Positions 10,017 to 20,420 of a DNA stretch of 64,000 nucleotides are shown in pieces. Source of the DNA: Gammaproteobacteria bacterium (GTDB lineage Bacteria; Pseudomonadota; Gammaproteobacteria; Eutrophobiales; Eutrophobiaceae); contig OZ250183.1 in NCBI GenBank assembly GCA_965238225.1, positions 704,001 through 768,000 of the forward strand, written 5' to 3'. Both the position numbers and the translations under genes were made by a program. Under the pieces are notes generated by a model. The model was not told the origin of the DNA and did not search any database. It was given only the letters and a program-made list of their open reading frames with translations. Within the stretch, counting starts at the first letter, position 1. Each line of letters opens with the position of its first letter.

Positions 10017-10622
10017 TTATTCTAGAAACAAGGTGTTCCGTTTTGCCATGTATAATTTTAGAGAATTTTTAACGGCATTTATAACGCCGCGCGAGCTACT
10101 TGTTGCCCCGCTTAGATGATCAAATGTACCAGACTCATCCTTTGTAGCCCATTTATCTATTGCCGTAACATCAAAAGATTGTTGTGAAAAATTCTTCAGC
10201 CAGTCTGTTTTATCCTGATGAATAGCGTCACCTAAACCCGGCGTTTCACGGTGCGATAATACCTGTATAGAAAATATTGATCCATCCTCAAGAATACCAA
10301 TCGATAATTGAATTGATCCGTTATAACCTGATGCCGTGATAGGTGTGAAGACTACACCTACAGGATCACCAGTTTTTCTTGCTCGGTAGGCATGAGTTTT
10401 TGATTCGTTTCCATAATCATCTACATAATTAATTATTTTCATGTCGTGATAAATATCATTATCAAAATCAGATGTCATGACCGCAGTAATTACTTGTAAT
10501 TTTTGCATGTCTATATTTTCTGAAATACGTTCCTTGCTTATCTCATGAATAAACGATAAGAAAAGCGCACATAGAACCGCTAAACCACTAAAGTAGATTG
10601 ATTCTTTATTTGATATTTTCAT
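10017..10622 (-). CDS. rnfG: Rnf/Rsx electron transport complex subunit G
   Basis: N-terminal TM helix, GYNGSI, HRETPGLGD, FMN-binding DHLSGAT. Confidence 0.9.
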   Translation of the reverse strand: MKISNKESIYFSGLAVLCALFLSFIHEISKERISENIDMQKLQVITAVMTSDFDNDIYHDMKIINYVDDYGNESKTHAYRARKTGDPVGVVFTPITASGYNGSIQLSIGILEDGSIFSIQVLSHRETPGLGDAIHQDKTDWLKNFSQQSFDVTAIDKWATKDESGTFDHLSGATSSSRGVINAVKNSLKLYMAKRNTLFLE

Positions 10623-11644
10623 GGCCTAGTTTTACCAAAAACATCGGGTCGAGTAATATTATTGATAAATGGCACTGCAGCATTCATCATGAGTATGGCA
10701 AAAGCGATGCCATCGGGATAACTGCCCCATACCCTGATAATATAAGTTAGTAAGCCAATACCACAGGCGTAGATGATTTTCCCGCGTGGCGTGGATGAGG
10801 CAGTCACGGGATCTGTGACAATAAAAAAAGCAGCCAGTAATGTTCCGCCAGTGAACACATTAAACATTGATGAGGCGTATATTTCAGGTTCATAGCTATG
10901 ACAAATAAAACTCAGTGTGAATAATGTGAAAATAAAAATTAGAGGCATCTGCCATTTAATTACTCCCTTTATCATTAACCAAATCCCGCCTGTGAGAAAG
11001 GCAAAGCCGATCCATTCCCAGCCTTTACCTCCTAGTGCGCCAAATAAAGGGCTATGAGAGAATTCTGAAAGCATAACCATGCTACTTACCTGAAATTTGG
11101 TAAATGCCAATAATGTTGCTCCGCTTAGACTGTCCATGCTTTCGTGAGGCAAGCCTACGAATATTATTTCAAGGCTTTCGATGAAGCCATTATTGCCATT
11201 TCCCATGTCATTTAAAATGGTTGGCCAATAATTTAACTCAACAGGGAAACAAATGAGTACAAACACATAGCCTGACATAGCTGGATTGAAGATGTTATAG
11301 CCGAGACCACCATAAAGATGTTTTGTAATAACGATTGCAAAAAAAATTCCAGATAAGGTTACCCACCAAGGTGCGAAAGGTGTGATGGTTAAAGCAAACA
11401 ACAGACCAGTGATAATGGCACTGCCATCATAAATAAAATCTTTAAGCGGACGCTGTCTAAGTGCCAATATAAATGCCTCAAAAGCCAGAGCAAAAAAAAT
11501 AGACAGTACGCAATGGATAAGGATGCCCCAGCCAAGGATCCATGTGGATACAATAATCCCCGGGATAAGTGCAAATATCACTTGATACATCACCTTATTA
11601 ACTGAATTGTGCGAATGGATATGCGGAGAACTTATATTATCCAT
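10619..11644 (-). CDS. rnfD: Rnf/Rsx electron transport complex subunit D
   Basis: SSPHIH, YGGLGYNIFNPA, DSLSGAT, AFFIVTDPVT, YPDGIAFAILMMN. Confidence 0.93.
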   Translation of the reverse strand: MDNISSPHIHSHNSVNKVMYQVIFALIPGIIVSTWILGWGILIHCVLSIFFALAFEAFILALRQRPLKDFIYDGSAIITGLLFALTITPFAPWWVTLSGIFFAIVITKHLYGGLGYNIFNPAMSGYVFVLICFPVELNYWPTILNDMGNGNNGFIESLEIIFVGLPHESMDSLSGATLLAFTKFQVSSMVMLSEFSHSPLFGALGGKGWEWIGFAFLTGGIWLMIKGVIKWQMPLIFIFTLFTLSFICHSYEPEIYASSMFNVFTGGTLLAAFFIVTDPVTASSTPRGKIIYACGIGLLTYIIRVWGSYPDGIAFAILMMNAAVPFINNITRPDVFGKTRP

Positions 11645-11653
11645 GATATTTTT

Positions 11654-13171
11654 TTAGCTATCTCTTTTATTGCGCTTCTGTTTCATGCGTTCAATGGCAG
11701 CATGAATATATGATTTCTTATCTTCTAACTCGCCTATACTTTTATCTATAGAAACTGTTTTCTTTTGATTAAAATGGTAATCAATATGACTCAGACGTTG
11801 GTTATGCGCCTCGAATCGTGATCTAGTATGTTTATATTTAGCCTGTTTTTTTTCATCATCAGCTATATCGATTTTTGCTTGTCTATAATATTTCACTAGA
11901 GGAATATTGCTTGGACAAACATAAGCACAACAGCCACATTCAATGCAATCGAATAAATTTAATGCTCTAACTTCCTCTAGATTTTTTGTGCGTGAGTATG
12001 CAAACAGTTCTTGAGGAAGCAATTTTGCAGGGCATACATCGACACACAGACTGCATCCTATACATGGCTTCTCTTTGTTAAGATTAAATTCTGATGTCAC
12101 AAGAATGCTGTTGGTAGTTTTAATCACAGGCATGGAAATGTCGTGTATATATTTTCCCATCATCGGGCCGCCTATCGTTACAACCTCATTATCACGTGCC
12201 TGATAGCCGACTTGTTTGAGACAGTGTTCAGCTGGTGTGCCAAGTAATACCTGTAAATTACAAGGATTTTCAACGTTGCCAGAAATTGTCACATAACGGG
12301 AAAGTACGGGTTCTCCGCGTGTTACGGCTCTAAGGGTAGCGGCAGCAGTTCCCACATTATGTATAACGATGCCAATATGAATAGGTAAATGACCAGTAGG
12401 AACCTCTTTACCAGTTAATGTTTTTATGAGTTGTTTTTCGCCGCCAGCTGGATATCGGGCAGGAACTTTTACAAGCTCAATATCATCACTAATTAAATCA
12501 TTCAAGATGTCAAAGGCTTCGTGCATGTCTTCTTCAACGGCAATTACACAATGTTTTGCCTGAATCGCATGTTGCAGCATGCGTGTCCCCAAGACGATAT
12601 AGTTTGCTTTTTCTTTAATAATTCTGTCGTCACAACTGATGTATGGCTCGCATTCAACACCATTGATAATCAAGGTATCTACTGCCGTGTTTGTACCTTC
12701 GTTTAGTTTTACATGCGTTGGGAATCCCGCACCCCCCATGCCGACTATCCCTGCTTCGCATATCAAATATTGTAATTTTTCAGGATCGATAGACAGGTAA
12801 TCTATTACAGGTTCGATTTCATACCAAACATCGTCACCATCTGGCTCTATAATAATGCAAGGTATCTGTTTTGATCCTCGTTGTATGGATTGGCAGATGC
12901 CTATATCCAGAATTTTTCCAGAGGTACTGGCATGCATGGGTACACTGATATAAGAACTAGCCTCTGCTATTTTTTGTCCTTTAAGTACGGTATCTCCTTT
13001 TTTAACGATTACTTCGGAAGGCATACCAATATGCTGTTGTAGTGGCAGGATAATCCTGTCGGGAAGCGGCGTTATTAAAGATTCTTTAGCATTGGTTAAT
13101 TCCTTGTATGTTTTAAGGTTTAATCCTCCATGAAATGAATGCAGCTCTCTCTTTATTTGCTGTGTATCCAT
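11654..13171 (-). CDS. rnfC: Rnf/Rsx electron transport complex subunit C
   Basis: FHGG, LQQHIG, GIVGMGGAGFPT, NGVECEPY, YPAGGEKQL, CIGCSLCVDVCP and CIECGCCAYVCP. Confidence 0.95.
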   Translation of the reverse strand: MDTQQIKRELHSFHGGLNLKTYKELTNAKESLITPLPDRIILPLQQHIGMPSEVIVKKGDTVLKGQKIAEASSYISVPMHASTSGKILDIGICQSIQRGSKQIPCIIIEPDGDDVWYEIEPVIDYLSIDPEKLQYLICEAGIVGMGGAGFPTHVKLNEGTNTAVDTLIINGVECEPYISCDDRIIKEKANYIVLGTRMLQHAIQAKHCVIAVEEDMHEAFDILNDLISDDIELVKVPARYPAGGEKQLIKTLTGKEVPTGHLPIHIGIVIHNVGTAAATLRAVTRGEPVLSRYVTISGNVENPCNLQVLLGTPAEHCLKQVGYQARDNEVVTIGGPMMGKYIHDISMPVIKTTNSILVTSEFNLNKEKPCIGCSLCVDVCPAKLLPQELFAYSRTKNLEEVRALNLFDCIECGCCAYVCPSNIPLVKYYRQAKIDIADDEKKQAKYKHTRSRFEAHNQRLSHIDYHFNQKKTVSIDKSIGELEDKKSYIHAAIERMKQKRNKRDS

Positions 13172-13175
13172 TTGT

Positions 13176-13664
13176 TTAATTTGTTATGGCTTGCATACTG
13201 ATACAGTCCGTGGGGCAGGGTGCAATACAAAGTTCACATCCTGTACATTCTGCGGCGAGAACGGCGTGCATTTGTTTGGCAGTACCAAGGATGGCATCTA
13301 CTGGACAGGCATTGATGCATTTTACGCAACCGATGCAAAGTGTTTCATCTATGAGGGCAACATATTGCCCTTTCTCCATTCCATTTTCTAGGTTTAAAGG
13401 CTTAAACTCGCGACTTAATAAATTAGCTATTGTTTTTATAGTTGCTTCACCACCAGGCGGGCATTGATTGATGTCGGCTTCTCCGCAAATAATAGCTTCT
13501 GCGTAAGGTCGACAACCGGAATAATTACATTTTCCACATTGGGTTTGTGGCAAGACAGAAAGGATATCTTCGATTTTGTTTTGTTGTGCTGTCGTTTCAG
13601 GATATCTGGAGATAAAAAAACTACCTATAAGTGCAAGAAAAAAGATGATTAGAACACCAATCAT
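13176..13664 (-). CDS. rnfB: Rnf/Rsx electron transport complex subunit B
   Basis: [43 protein letters not shown]. Confidence 0.93.
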   Translation of the reverse strand: MIGVLIIFFLALIGSFFISRYPETTAQQNKIEDILSVLPQTQCGKCNYSGCRPYAEAIICGEADINQCPPGGEATIKTIANLLSREFKPLNLENGMEKGQYVALIDETLCIGCVKCINACPVDAILGTAKQMHAVLAAECTGCELCIAPCPTDCISMQAITN

Positions 13665-14234
13665 CTATTTAATAAATCCTGAAAATCCAAGGAATGCCAT
13701 TGATATCAGTCCTAAGGTAGTGAGGGCAATGGGGTATCTTTTGAAGGGTGTCGGGATGTCAGCCATTTCCACTTGCGCATTGATAGCTGTTAAGAGGGAA
13801 AGTATGAGCGCAAAACCAGCTGCCGTGCCTAAGCCAAAGATGAATGAATAAAATAAATTGTTATCTTGTTGTTGATTTAAAAGTAGCGTACCAAGTACCG
13901 TCACATTCACACCTGCAAGTGGTAGAAACAACTCTGAACCGCTATCTTTAAAAGGTTTTGGCCATGTTTTAAGGGCATAAACAATTATTGTGATCAATAT
14001 GACAAATAGGAGGGTTTGTAAATATTGTAGCCGTAAGGGGATAAAAATGAATTGTATCATTGCAGAAGCAATGACAGTCGTTAATGGTAATAAAATTATC
14101 ATGATGCTCGAAATTTTACGGGAAACATCGCGCCCTTGAGTTGCTGTTAAGGCAGGATCGGCGCCGATAACATGAGCAATAATGATATTATTAACAAGCG
14201 CAGAACTAATCAGAACAAGAAAAATTTCTTCCAT
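13665..14234 (-). CDS. rnfA: Rnf/Rsx subunit A, divergent and cysteine-free
   Basis: First gene of the operon after metG. LVNN, YLQTLLF, FLPL, GFAL, DIPTPF, PIAL and SMAFLGFSG motifs. Canonical GLCP and TTNC appear as GADP and GVNV. Confidence 0.85.
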   Translation of the reverse strand: MEEIFLVLISSALVNNIIIAHVIGADPALTATQGRDVSRKISSIMIILLPLTTVIASAMIQFIFIPLRLQYLQTLLFVILITIIVYALKTWPKPFKDSGSELFLPLAGVNVTVLGTLLLNQQQDNNLFYSFIFGLGTAAGFALILSLLTAINAQVEMADIPTPFKRYPIALTTLGLISMAFLGFSGFIK

Positions 14235-14317
14235 TCATCTATTTTACTCTAATTTTATTTTTAATTCTCATTCCACTTTTGGGCTTTATGCCTTTCAGGA
14301 TAAATAAATTTCTGCTA

Positions 14318-15988
14318 TCAGGGTACCTCTATCCCCTCTAGATCTTTTTTACTTTTTTCTATCATAGCTTCGATATGTGTTTGTTCCATGCGCATCATAA
14401 GCGGCTTGAAGTCATTTATTTCGTGCGCCAATAGGGGTGTTTGTCTGTGTCCCCAGTTGCATGCTTTAATATTAAAAAATTGCTCTGTTGTTTTTGCCAT
14501 CACAGGTAGAACCGGTTTGAGATAAATAATTAACAGGCGAAATAGATTCAGAGCCATGGTGCAGATGATATGCAATTCATCTGCTCTATTTTCCTGCTTG
14601 GCGATGACCCAAGGTTTATTGTCGTCAATGTATTGATTCGTCTTATCGGCCAAGATCATGATTTTACGCATGGCTTTGGCATATTCTTTCGCTGCATACG
14701 CTGAAGCAATATTATCTCCAGCATTGACAAATTCTGAAAATAATTCAGGTTGATGAATCTCTGCGGCAAGCTTTCCTGCAAATTTCTTTTTGATAAATCC
14801 TGAACAACGACTGGCAATGTTTATGACTTTACCCACCAAATCAGAATTTACCCTGTGTAGAAAATCTTCCATATTGAGATCAATATCATCAATACCACTT
14901 CCTAGTTTTGCTGCAAAATAATATCGTAAATATTCAGGGTTTAAATGTTCTAAATAAGTGCACGCCTTGATAAAGGTGCCTCTGGATTTTGACATTTTCT
15001 CACCATTAACAGTCAAAAAACCGTGCGCATGAATAGAACTTGGTGTACGCATACCACTGCCTTTGAGTATAGCTGGCCAGAAAAGTGCGTGGAAATAGAT
15101 GATATCTTTGCCAATAAAATGGTGCATCTCGATATCACTTTTTTGATTGATGAAACTATTAAAATCTAGATCTTTTTTATCACATAAATATTTCAGGCAT
15201 GCCAAGTAACCAATCGGCGCATCCAGCCAGACATAAAAATATTTGCCTGGCGCATCTGGAATCTCAAAACCAAAATAAGGTTCATCTCTGGAAATATCCC
15301 ATTCCTGCAGGCCTGCCTCGAACCATTCATCCAGCTTATTAGAGACTTCTTTCTGTAAATGGTCCGAGCGCGTCCAGTCACGCAACATATCTTCAAAATC
15401 TGCCAGTTTAAAGAAATAATGTTCAGATTCTTTTTCAACTGGTGTGGTATCGGAAATGGCTGATACAGGATTCTTAAGTTCTGTTGGGCTGTAAGTTGCC
15501 CCGCAGATTTCACAATTATCACCATACTGGTTAGCTGCACCACATTTTGGACATCCCCCACGAATAAATCTATCCGGCAAAAACATATTTTTCTTAAGAT
15601 CAAATGCCTGTTTGATTATGCGCTTATTTATATGATTATTATCACGCAAGCGTTTATAAATCATGCAGGACAGTTCGCGATTCTCTTTTGAATGCGTGCT
15701 ATGGAAGTGGTCAAATGCGATCGAAAATTTGGCCAAATCAGCTTGGTGCTCCCAATTCATTTTTTCGATCAATGCCTCAGGGCTAATACCATCTTGTTCT
15801 GCACGAAGCATAATCGGTGTGCCATGAGCATCATCCGCACAGACGTAATAACAGGTATGCCCCTGCATTTTCTGAAACCGTACCCAGATATCAGTTTGAA
15901 TATATTCCAGAAGATGACCTATGTGGATTGAGCCGTTGGCATAGGGCAGTGCGCTTGTAACAAGTAATGTTTTATGTGTGTCAGTCAT
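14318..15988 (-). CDS. metG: Methionyl-tRNA synthetase, short form without the C-terminal tRNA-binding/dimerisation domain
   Basis: [15 protein letters not shown], zinc knuckle CPKC...CEIC, KMSKS. 556 aa. Confidence 0.96.
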   Translation of the reverse strand: MTDTHKTLLVTSALPYANGSIHIGHLLEYIQTDIWVRFQKMQGHTCYYVCADDAHGTPIMLRAEQDGISPEALIEKMNWEHQADLAKFSIAFDHFHSTHSKENRELSCMIYKRLRDNNHINKRIIKQAFDLKKNMFLPDRFIRGGCPKCGAANQYGDNCEICGATYSPTELKNPVSAISDTTPVEKESEHYFFKLADFEDMLRDWTRSDHLQKEVSNKLDEWFEAGLQEWDISRDEPYFGFEIPDAPGKYFYVWLDAPIGYLACLKYLCDKKDLDFNSFINQKSDIEMHHFIGKDIIYFHALFWPAILKGSGMRTPSSIHAHGFLTVNGEKMSKSRGTFIKACTYLEHLNPEYLRYYFAAKLGSGIDDIDLNMEDFLHRVNSDLVGKVINIASRCSGFIKKKFAGKLAAEIHQPELFSEFVNAGDNIASAYAAKEYAKAMRKIMILADKTNQYIDDNKPWVIAKQENRADELHIICTMALNLFRLLIIYLKPVLPVMAKTTEQFFNIKACNWGHRQTPLLAHEINDFKPLMMRMEQTHIEAMIEKSKKDLEGIEVP

Positions 15989-16155
15989 GAATCAATTTTG
16001 CGTGAATTAGTCTTGGGCGAATAGCTTATAGTAAATCTTCATGAAAAATAGCGAAGTAAGTTACCATTATTGAGGTTTAGGGTGAAGCCATCTACACAAA
16101 AAGGTAGAATTGCTGCTGATTAAAGATCGCTAACAAACGCTGGATTGCTGGAGCA

Positions 16156-17247
16156 ATGACCGAAATCACACAAGAAAATGTTGAAACACGACTGAAAGGC
16201 TACATAGAGCCTTATTTGATGCAAGATTTGGTCTCAGCGGGGGCTATCAAAGATATTACAATAAAAGGTGCTGATGTTGGGTTCACCCTATCACTAGGAT
16301 ATCCGGCTCAAGGCTATCACGGAATGTTAATTAAGGCATTGCAAGATGAACTAGGAGATATCTCTGGCATAGATAATATATCGATTCGGGCTGAAACCAA
16401 TATCACTGCTCACTCGGTACAAAAAGGTGTACAGACCTTGCCCGGGGTTAAAAATACCATTGCCATTGCTTCAGGCAAGGGCGGGGTTGGAAAATCAACC
16501 ACATCAGTTAATCTGGCACTGGCATTACAAGTGGAGGGTGCTAGGGTTGGTATTCTGGATGCTGATATCTACGGACCAAGTCAACCAAGAATGTTGGGTA
16601 GTAGTGGCAAACCCGATTCTACAGACGGCAAATCCATAGAACCCAAGATGTCTTATGATATTCAATCCATGTCGATAGGTTATTTGATTAATGAAGACGC
16701 GCCGATGATTTGGCGTGGTCCGATGGTGACGGGCGCGCTAGAGCAGCTTTTAAGTGATACCAATTGGCAAGATCTGGATTATCTGATTATTGACCTGCCG
16801 CCAGGCACAGGAGACATACAATTAACGTTGTGCCAGAAGATTCCAGTGAGTGCGGCTATTATTGTCACAACACCACAGGACATTGCTTTGTTAGATGCCT
16901 GCAAAGCATACAACATGTTCAAGAAAGTGGATGTGCCAGTATTAGGGATCATTGAGAATATGAGCACGCATATTTGTAGTCAATGCGGGTATGAGGAACA
17001 TATTTTTGGTGCCGGAGGCGGTGAACAGATGTCGAAACAATACAGCGTAGATCTATTAGGATCTCTACCTTTAGATATCAAGATTCGCAAAGGAGTAGAC
17101 CAAGGTAAGCCTACCGTTGCGATTGAACCGGATTCAAGTATCTCTATGCTTTATCGTGAGATTGCCAGAAAATCATCAGCAAGGCTTTCGCAAATGGCAA
17201 AAGATTACTCAGGTAAATTTCCAAAAATTGTGATTGAGGATAATTAG
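16156..17247 (+). CDS. apbC: Fe-S cluster carrier ATPase Mrp/ApbC
   Basis: SGKGGVGKST, DADIYGPS, WRGPM, DLPPGTGD, ENMS..CSQC. Confidence 0.95.
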   Translation: MTEITQENVETRLKGYIEPYLMQDLVSAGAIKDITIKGADVGFTLSLGYPAQGYHGMLIKALQDELGDISGIDNISIRAETNITAHSVQKGVQTLPGVKNTIAIASGKGGVGKSTTSVNLALALQVEGARVGILDADIYGPSQPRMLGSSGKPDSTDGKSIEPKMSYDIQSMSIGYLINEDAPMIWRGPMVTGALEQLLSDTNWQDLDYLIIDLPPGTGDIQLTLCQKIPVSAAIIVTTPQDIALLDACKAYNMFKKVDVPVLGIIENMSTHICSQCGYEEHIFGAGGGEQMSKQYSVDLLGSLPLDIKIRKGVDQGKPTVAIEPDSSISMLYREIARKSSARLSQMAKDYSGKFPKIVIEDN

Positions 17248-17329
17248 ATAAGCTCCCCCACAGCAAGATGACGGGAAATCAAACCCCAAGAAATTAAAAT
17301 TTTCAATATTTACAAATAGGAACGAAGAC

Positions 17330-17896
17330 GTGACAGTTAAATCAGATAAATGGGTACGCCATATGGCTGAGAATGAAGGTATGATTGAGCCATTTGAACC
17401 AAGTCAGATTAAGGAAAATGATTCAGGCAAAATTGTCTCTTATGGTACTTCCAGCTACGGCTATGATGTTCGTTGTGCTGCGGAATTTAGAATCTTTACT
17501 AATATTAATTCAGCCATTGTTGATCCCAAGAATTTTGATTCAGGGAGTTTTGTTGATGTCGATGCAGATGTTTGCATTATTCCTCCCAATTCCTTCGCAT
17601 TAGCAAGAACTGTCGAATATTTCCGCATTCCAAGAAATGTTCTCACCATCTGTTTGGGCAAATCAACTTACGCACGTTGCGGCATCATTGTGAATGTCAC
17701 GCCGCTGGAGCCAGAGTGGGAAGGTCATGTCACACTGGAGTTTTCCAATACCACACCGTTACCTGCAAAGATTTATGCCCATGAAGGTGTTGCACAAATG
17801 ATCTTTTTTGAATCTGATGAAGTTTGTGAAACTTCATATAAGGATCGGCAAGGCAAATACCAAGGCCAGACTGGCGTAACACTTCCTAAAACTTAG
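17330..17896 (+). CDS. dcd: dCTP deaminase
   Basis: [37 protein letters not shown]. Confidence 0.96.
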   Translation: MTVKSDKWVRHMAENEGMIEPFEPSQIKENDSGKIVSYGTSSYGYDVRCAAEFRIFTNINSAIVDPKNFDSGSFVDVDADVCIIPPNSFALARTVEYFRIPRNVLTICLGKSTYARCGIIVNVTPLEPEWEGHVTLEFSNTTPLPAKIYAHEGVAQMIFFESDEVCETSYKDRQGKYQGQTGVTLPKT

Positions 17897-17930
17897 GATA
17901 CTTGTGAAATACAAAGAATGGAGGAAGCTT

Positions 17931-18455
17931 ATGTTGGAGAAAATTGAAAACGTATTAGAATCAATAATTTTCAAGAGTCGCTGGTTATTGGCACCATTTT
18001 ATCTTGGTTTAGTTATCAGTATTATTTTGTTATTTATTAAATTTGCCCAAGAATTGTGGCACATGTCTGCCCATGTATTTAGTACAGAAGAAAGTGATGT
18101 AATTATTGGAATATTGGCTTTGATTGACATGTCGTTAGTGGGCAGTTTATTGCTTATGATTATTTTTAGTGGCTATGAAATCTTTGTCTCAAAAATTGAT
18201 GTTGCCGCGCATGAAGATCGACCAAGCTGGATGGGTAAAATCGATTTTTCTGGATTAAAGCTTAAAGTTATTGGCGCGATTGTGGCAATTTCTGCCATTG
18301 ATCTATTAAAAGCTTTTATGAATATTCCAGATGAATTAAGCGCTGAAGGTGAAAACACATTAATGTGGAAAGTAATCATTCATATGGCATTCGTATTCTC
18401 GGGCGTATTGTTTGCACTCATGGATAAGATAGCAGGCGATACTGTTAACCATTGA
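17931..18455 (+). CDS. UPF0114/YqhA family membrane protein
   Basis: SRWLLAPFYLGL, SGYEIFVSKID, LKLKV...IVAISAIDLL. Start probably the ATG at 17931. Confidence 0.85.
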   Translation: MLEKIENVLESIIFKSRWLLAPFYLGLVISIILLFIKFAQELWHMSAHVFSTEESDVIIGILALIDMSLVGSLLLMIIFSGYEIFVSKIDVAAHEDRPSWMGKIDFSGLKLKVIGAIVAISAIDLLKAFMNIPDELSAEGENTLMWKVIIHMAFVFSGVLFALMDKIAGDTVNH

Positions 18456-18650
18456 TATTTTGAAAAGAATACAATTACTCAATAGATTCAGTCGAATACA
18501 TTGAGGATATACTCTGGTATAGCAAAAATGATAAAAATATTATTGTTATGAAATTCCTCAAAATTAAAAAAAATTGGAAAACTAATTTATCTTTAATGCT
18601 TGTTTGATTCATATTTTACCCTTTAATCAGTTTGTTCTTATTATTGCCTT

Positions 18651-20042
18651 ATGAAATATTTACCAATATTTTATGATTTGTCCGTTCTCCCTTGTCTTGT
18701 TGTCGGCGCTGGAGAAATTGCTGCACGCAAGGTTCGACAGTTAAGAAAAGCCGAAGCCAGTGTTACCGTTGTTGCGCCAGATATTTGTGAAGAGTTAAAA
18801 GTTTTGCTAGATGACAATAAGATTAATTATATTTTAGAGCATTTCTCAGAAGAAATGCTTAATGATAAAATGCTGGTGATTGCCGCGACTAATGACGAGG
18901 AGGTAAATGAACAAATTTCAGAGCTTGCCAAGGCGCGAAATATTCCTGTTAATGTGGTTGATAAACCTGAACTGTGTAGCTTTATTATGCCTTCTATTAT
19001 TGACCGTGATCCGATACAAATTGCCATCTCCACAGGCGGCGCATCTCCTGTTTTAGCGCGCTTGCTTCGCGCAAATCTGGAAACATTAATCCCTGCGTCC
19101 TATGGCAGATTGGCTCGATTGATAGCTAAGTTTCGAAGGCATGTCAGGAAACGTTATCCAAAAATGCAAGAGCGACGTAGATTCTGGGAGCACATTTTGC
19201 AAGGCCCTGTGGCTGAAATGCTCTACGCTGGGCAGGATAAAGCGGCCTTAAATGCATTAGAAAAAACATTAAAAGAAGAAGAACCAGTGATTGATAAAGC
19301 AGGCGAAGTCTATCTGGTTGGCGCAGGGCCAGGCGACCCTGATTTATTAACCTTCCGTGCATTAAGACTAATGCAGCAGGCTGAAGTCGTACTTTATGAT
19401 CGATTAGTTGCGCCAGAAATTGTTGATTTGTGCCGTAAAGATGCCGAACGTATTTATGTTGGCAAAAAACGTGATCAACACACCTTACCGCAAACAGAGA
19501 TAAACAAGTTATTGGTAGATTTAGCCAAGCAGGGTAAGCGCGTATTAAGATTAAAAGGCGGCGATCCTTTTATTTTTGGCCGAGGCGGAGAAGAAATAAA
19601 TTTATTGTCTGACGAAAATATTCCTTTTCAGATAATCCCCGGGATTACTGCCGCTTCTGGTTGCGCGAATTATGCGGGGATACCTTTAACGCATCGGGAT
19701 TATGCACATACTTGCGTGTTTATCACTGGTCATTTGAAGGATGGCAGTATGGATTTAAATTGGGACACCTTGGTTCAACCGAAACAAACCATTGCAGTTT
19801 ATATGGGTATTGTAGGTATAAAAGTACTTTGTCTTGGGCTTATAGCACGAGGAATGTCTGAAACGATGCCTGCAGCTCTGATTCAAAAAGGTACAACACA
19901 TGAACAAAAAGTATATATCAGTGATCTCGGAAATTTACCTGATATCCCTAAGCAACATGACATTCGACCGCCGACAATGATCATCATTGGTGAGGTGGTC
20001 AAATTACATGAAAATCTTTCATGGTTTGAGCATAATAAATAA
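18651..20042 (+). CDS. cysG: Multifunctional siroheme synthase
   Basis: VVGAGEIA, NVVD.P..C.F, STGGASPVLAR, VGAGPGDPDLLT, RLKGGDPFIFGRGGEE, PGITAA. Confidence 0.96.
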   Translation: MKYLPIFYDLSVLPCLVVGAGEIAARKVRQLRKAEASVTVVAPDICEELKVLLDDNKINYILEHFSEEMLNDKMLVIAATNDEEVNEQISELAKARNIPVNVVDKPELCSFIMPSIIDRDPIQIAISTGGASPVLARLLRANLETLIPASYGRLARLIAKFRRHVRKRYPKMQERRRFWEHILQGPVAEMLYAGQDKAALNALEKTLKEEEPVIDKAGEVYLVGAGPGDPDLLTFRALRLMQQAEVVLYDRLVAPEIVDLCRKDAERIYVGKKRDQHTLPQTEINKLLVDLAKQGKRVLRLKGGDPFIFGRGGEEINLLSDENIPFQIIPGITAASGCANYAGIPLTHRDYAHTCVFITGHLKDGSMDLNWDTLVQPKQTIAVYMGIVGIKVLCLGLIARGMSETMPAALIQKGTTHEQKVYISDLGNLPDIPKQHDIRPPTMIIIGEVVKLHENLSWFEHNK

Positions 20043-20051
20043 TATGGATTA

Positions 20052-20216
20052 TTGACCATAACAAGAAAAAACAACTTGCTCCTTAAAAAACCAAAAAAGC
20101 CAGATTTGTCTGAATGTTGTGGGCGTAACTATGAAAACTGTGTCTTCGTCTATTATGAAAAGGTGCTAAACCGCTGGAAAAAGAAATTAGAAGAACTCGA
20201 GACCAATTTTTCTTAG
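20052..20216 (+). CDS. Small Oxidored-like domain protein (54 aa, not in the ORF track), one conserved Cys apparently replaced
   Basis: TTG start, MTITRKNNLLLKKPKKPDLSECCGRNYENCVFVYYEKVLNRWKKKLEELETNFS*. Matches the P..P...ECCG..C..CV...Y...L..W pattern. Confidence 0.65.
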   Translation: MTITRKNNLLLKKPKKPDLSECCGRNYENCVFVYYEKVLNRWKKKLEELETNFS

Positions 20217-20417
20217 TAATGAGGTGGTTTTTCATCCTCAGGATATCCCAATCAGTTTGCTCGCGAGGCTCTCGTATCTCAAGGTAAGTAGCCTCAGATC
20301 TGCTTCTCATTGATTCATTTTTATTGTTATAAACGCACTGTTTTATTGAGTTCTGGAATCAGGTTTTCTTGGTATGCAAGTTTTTGTTTCAATATCAATG
20401 AACCGCTGATTACCCAT
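20213..20417 (-). pseudogene. slyX: SlyX family protein, disrupted
   Basis: MGNQRFIDIETK / (extra A) LAYQENLIPELNKTV, several stops, then PEDEKPPHY*, the typical SlyX C-terminus. Directly downstream of htpX. Confidence 0.82.
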
Positions 20418-20420
20418 ATT

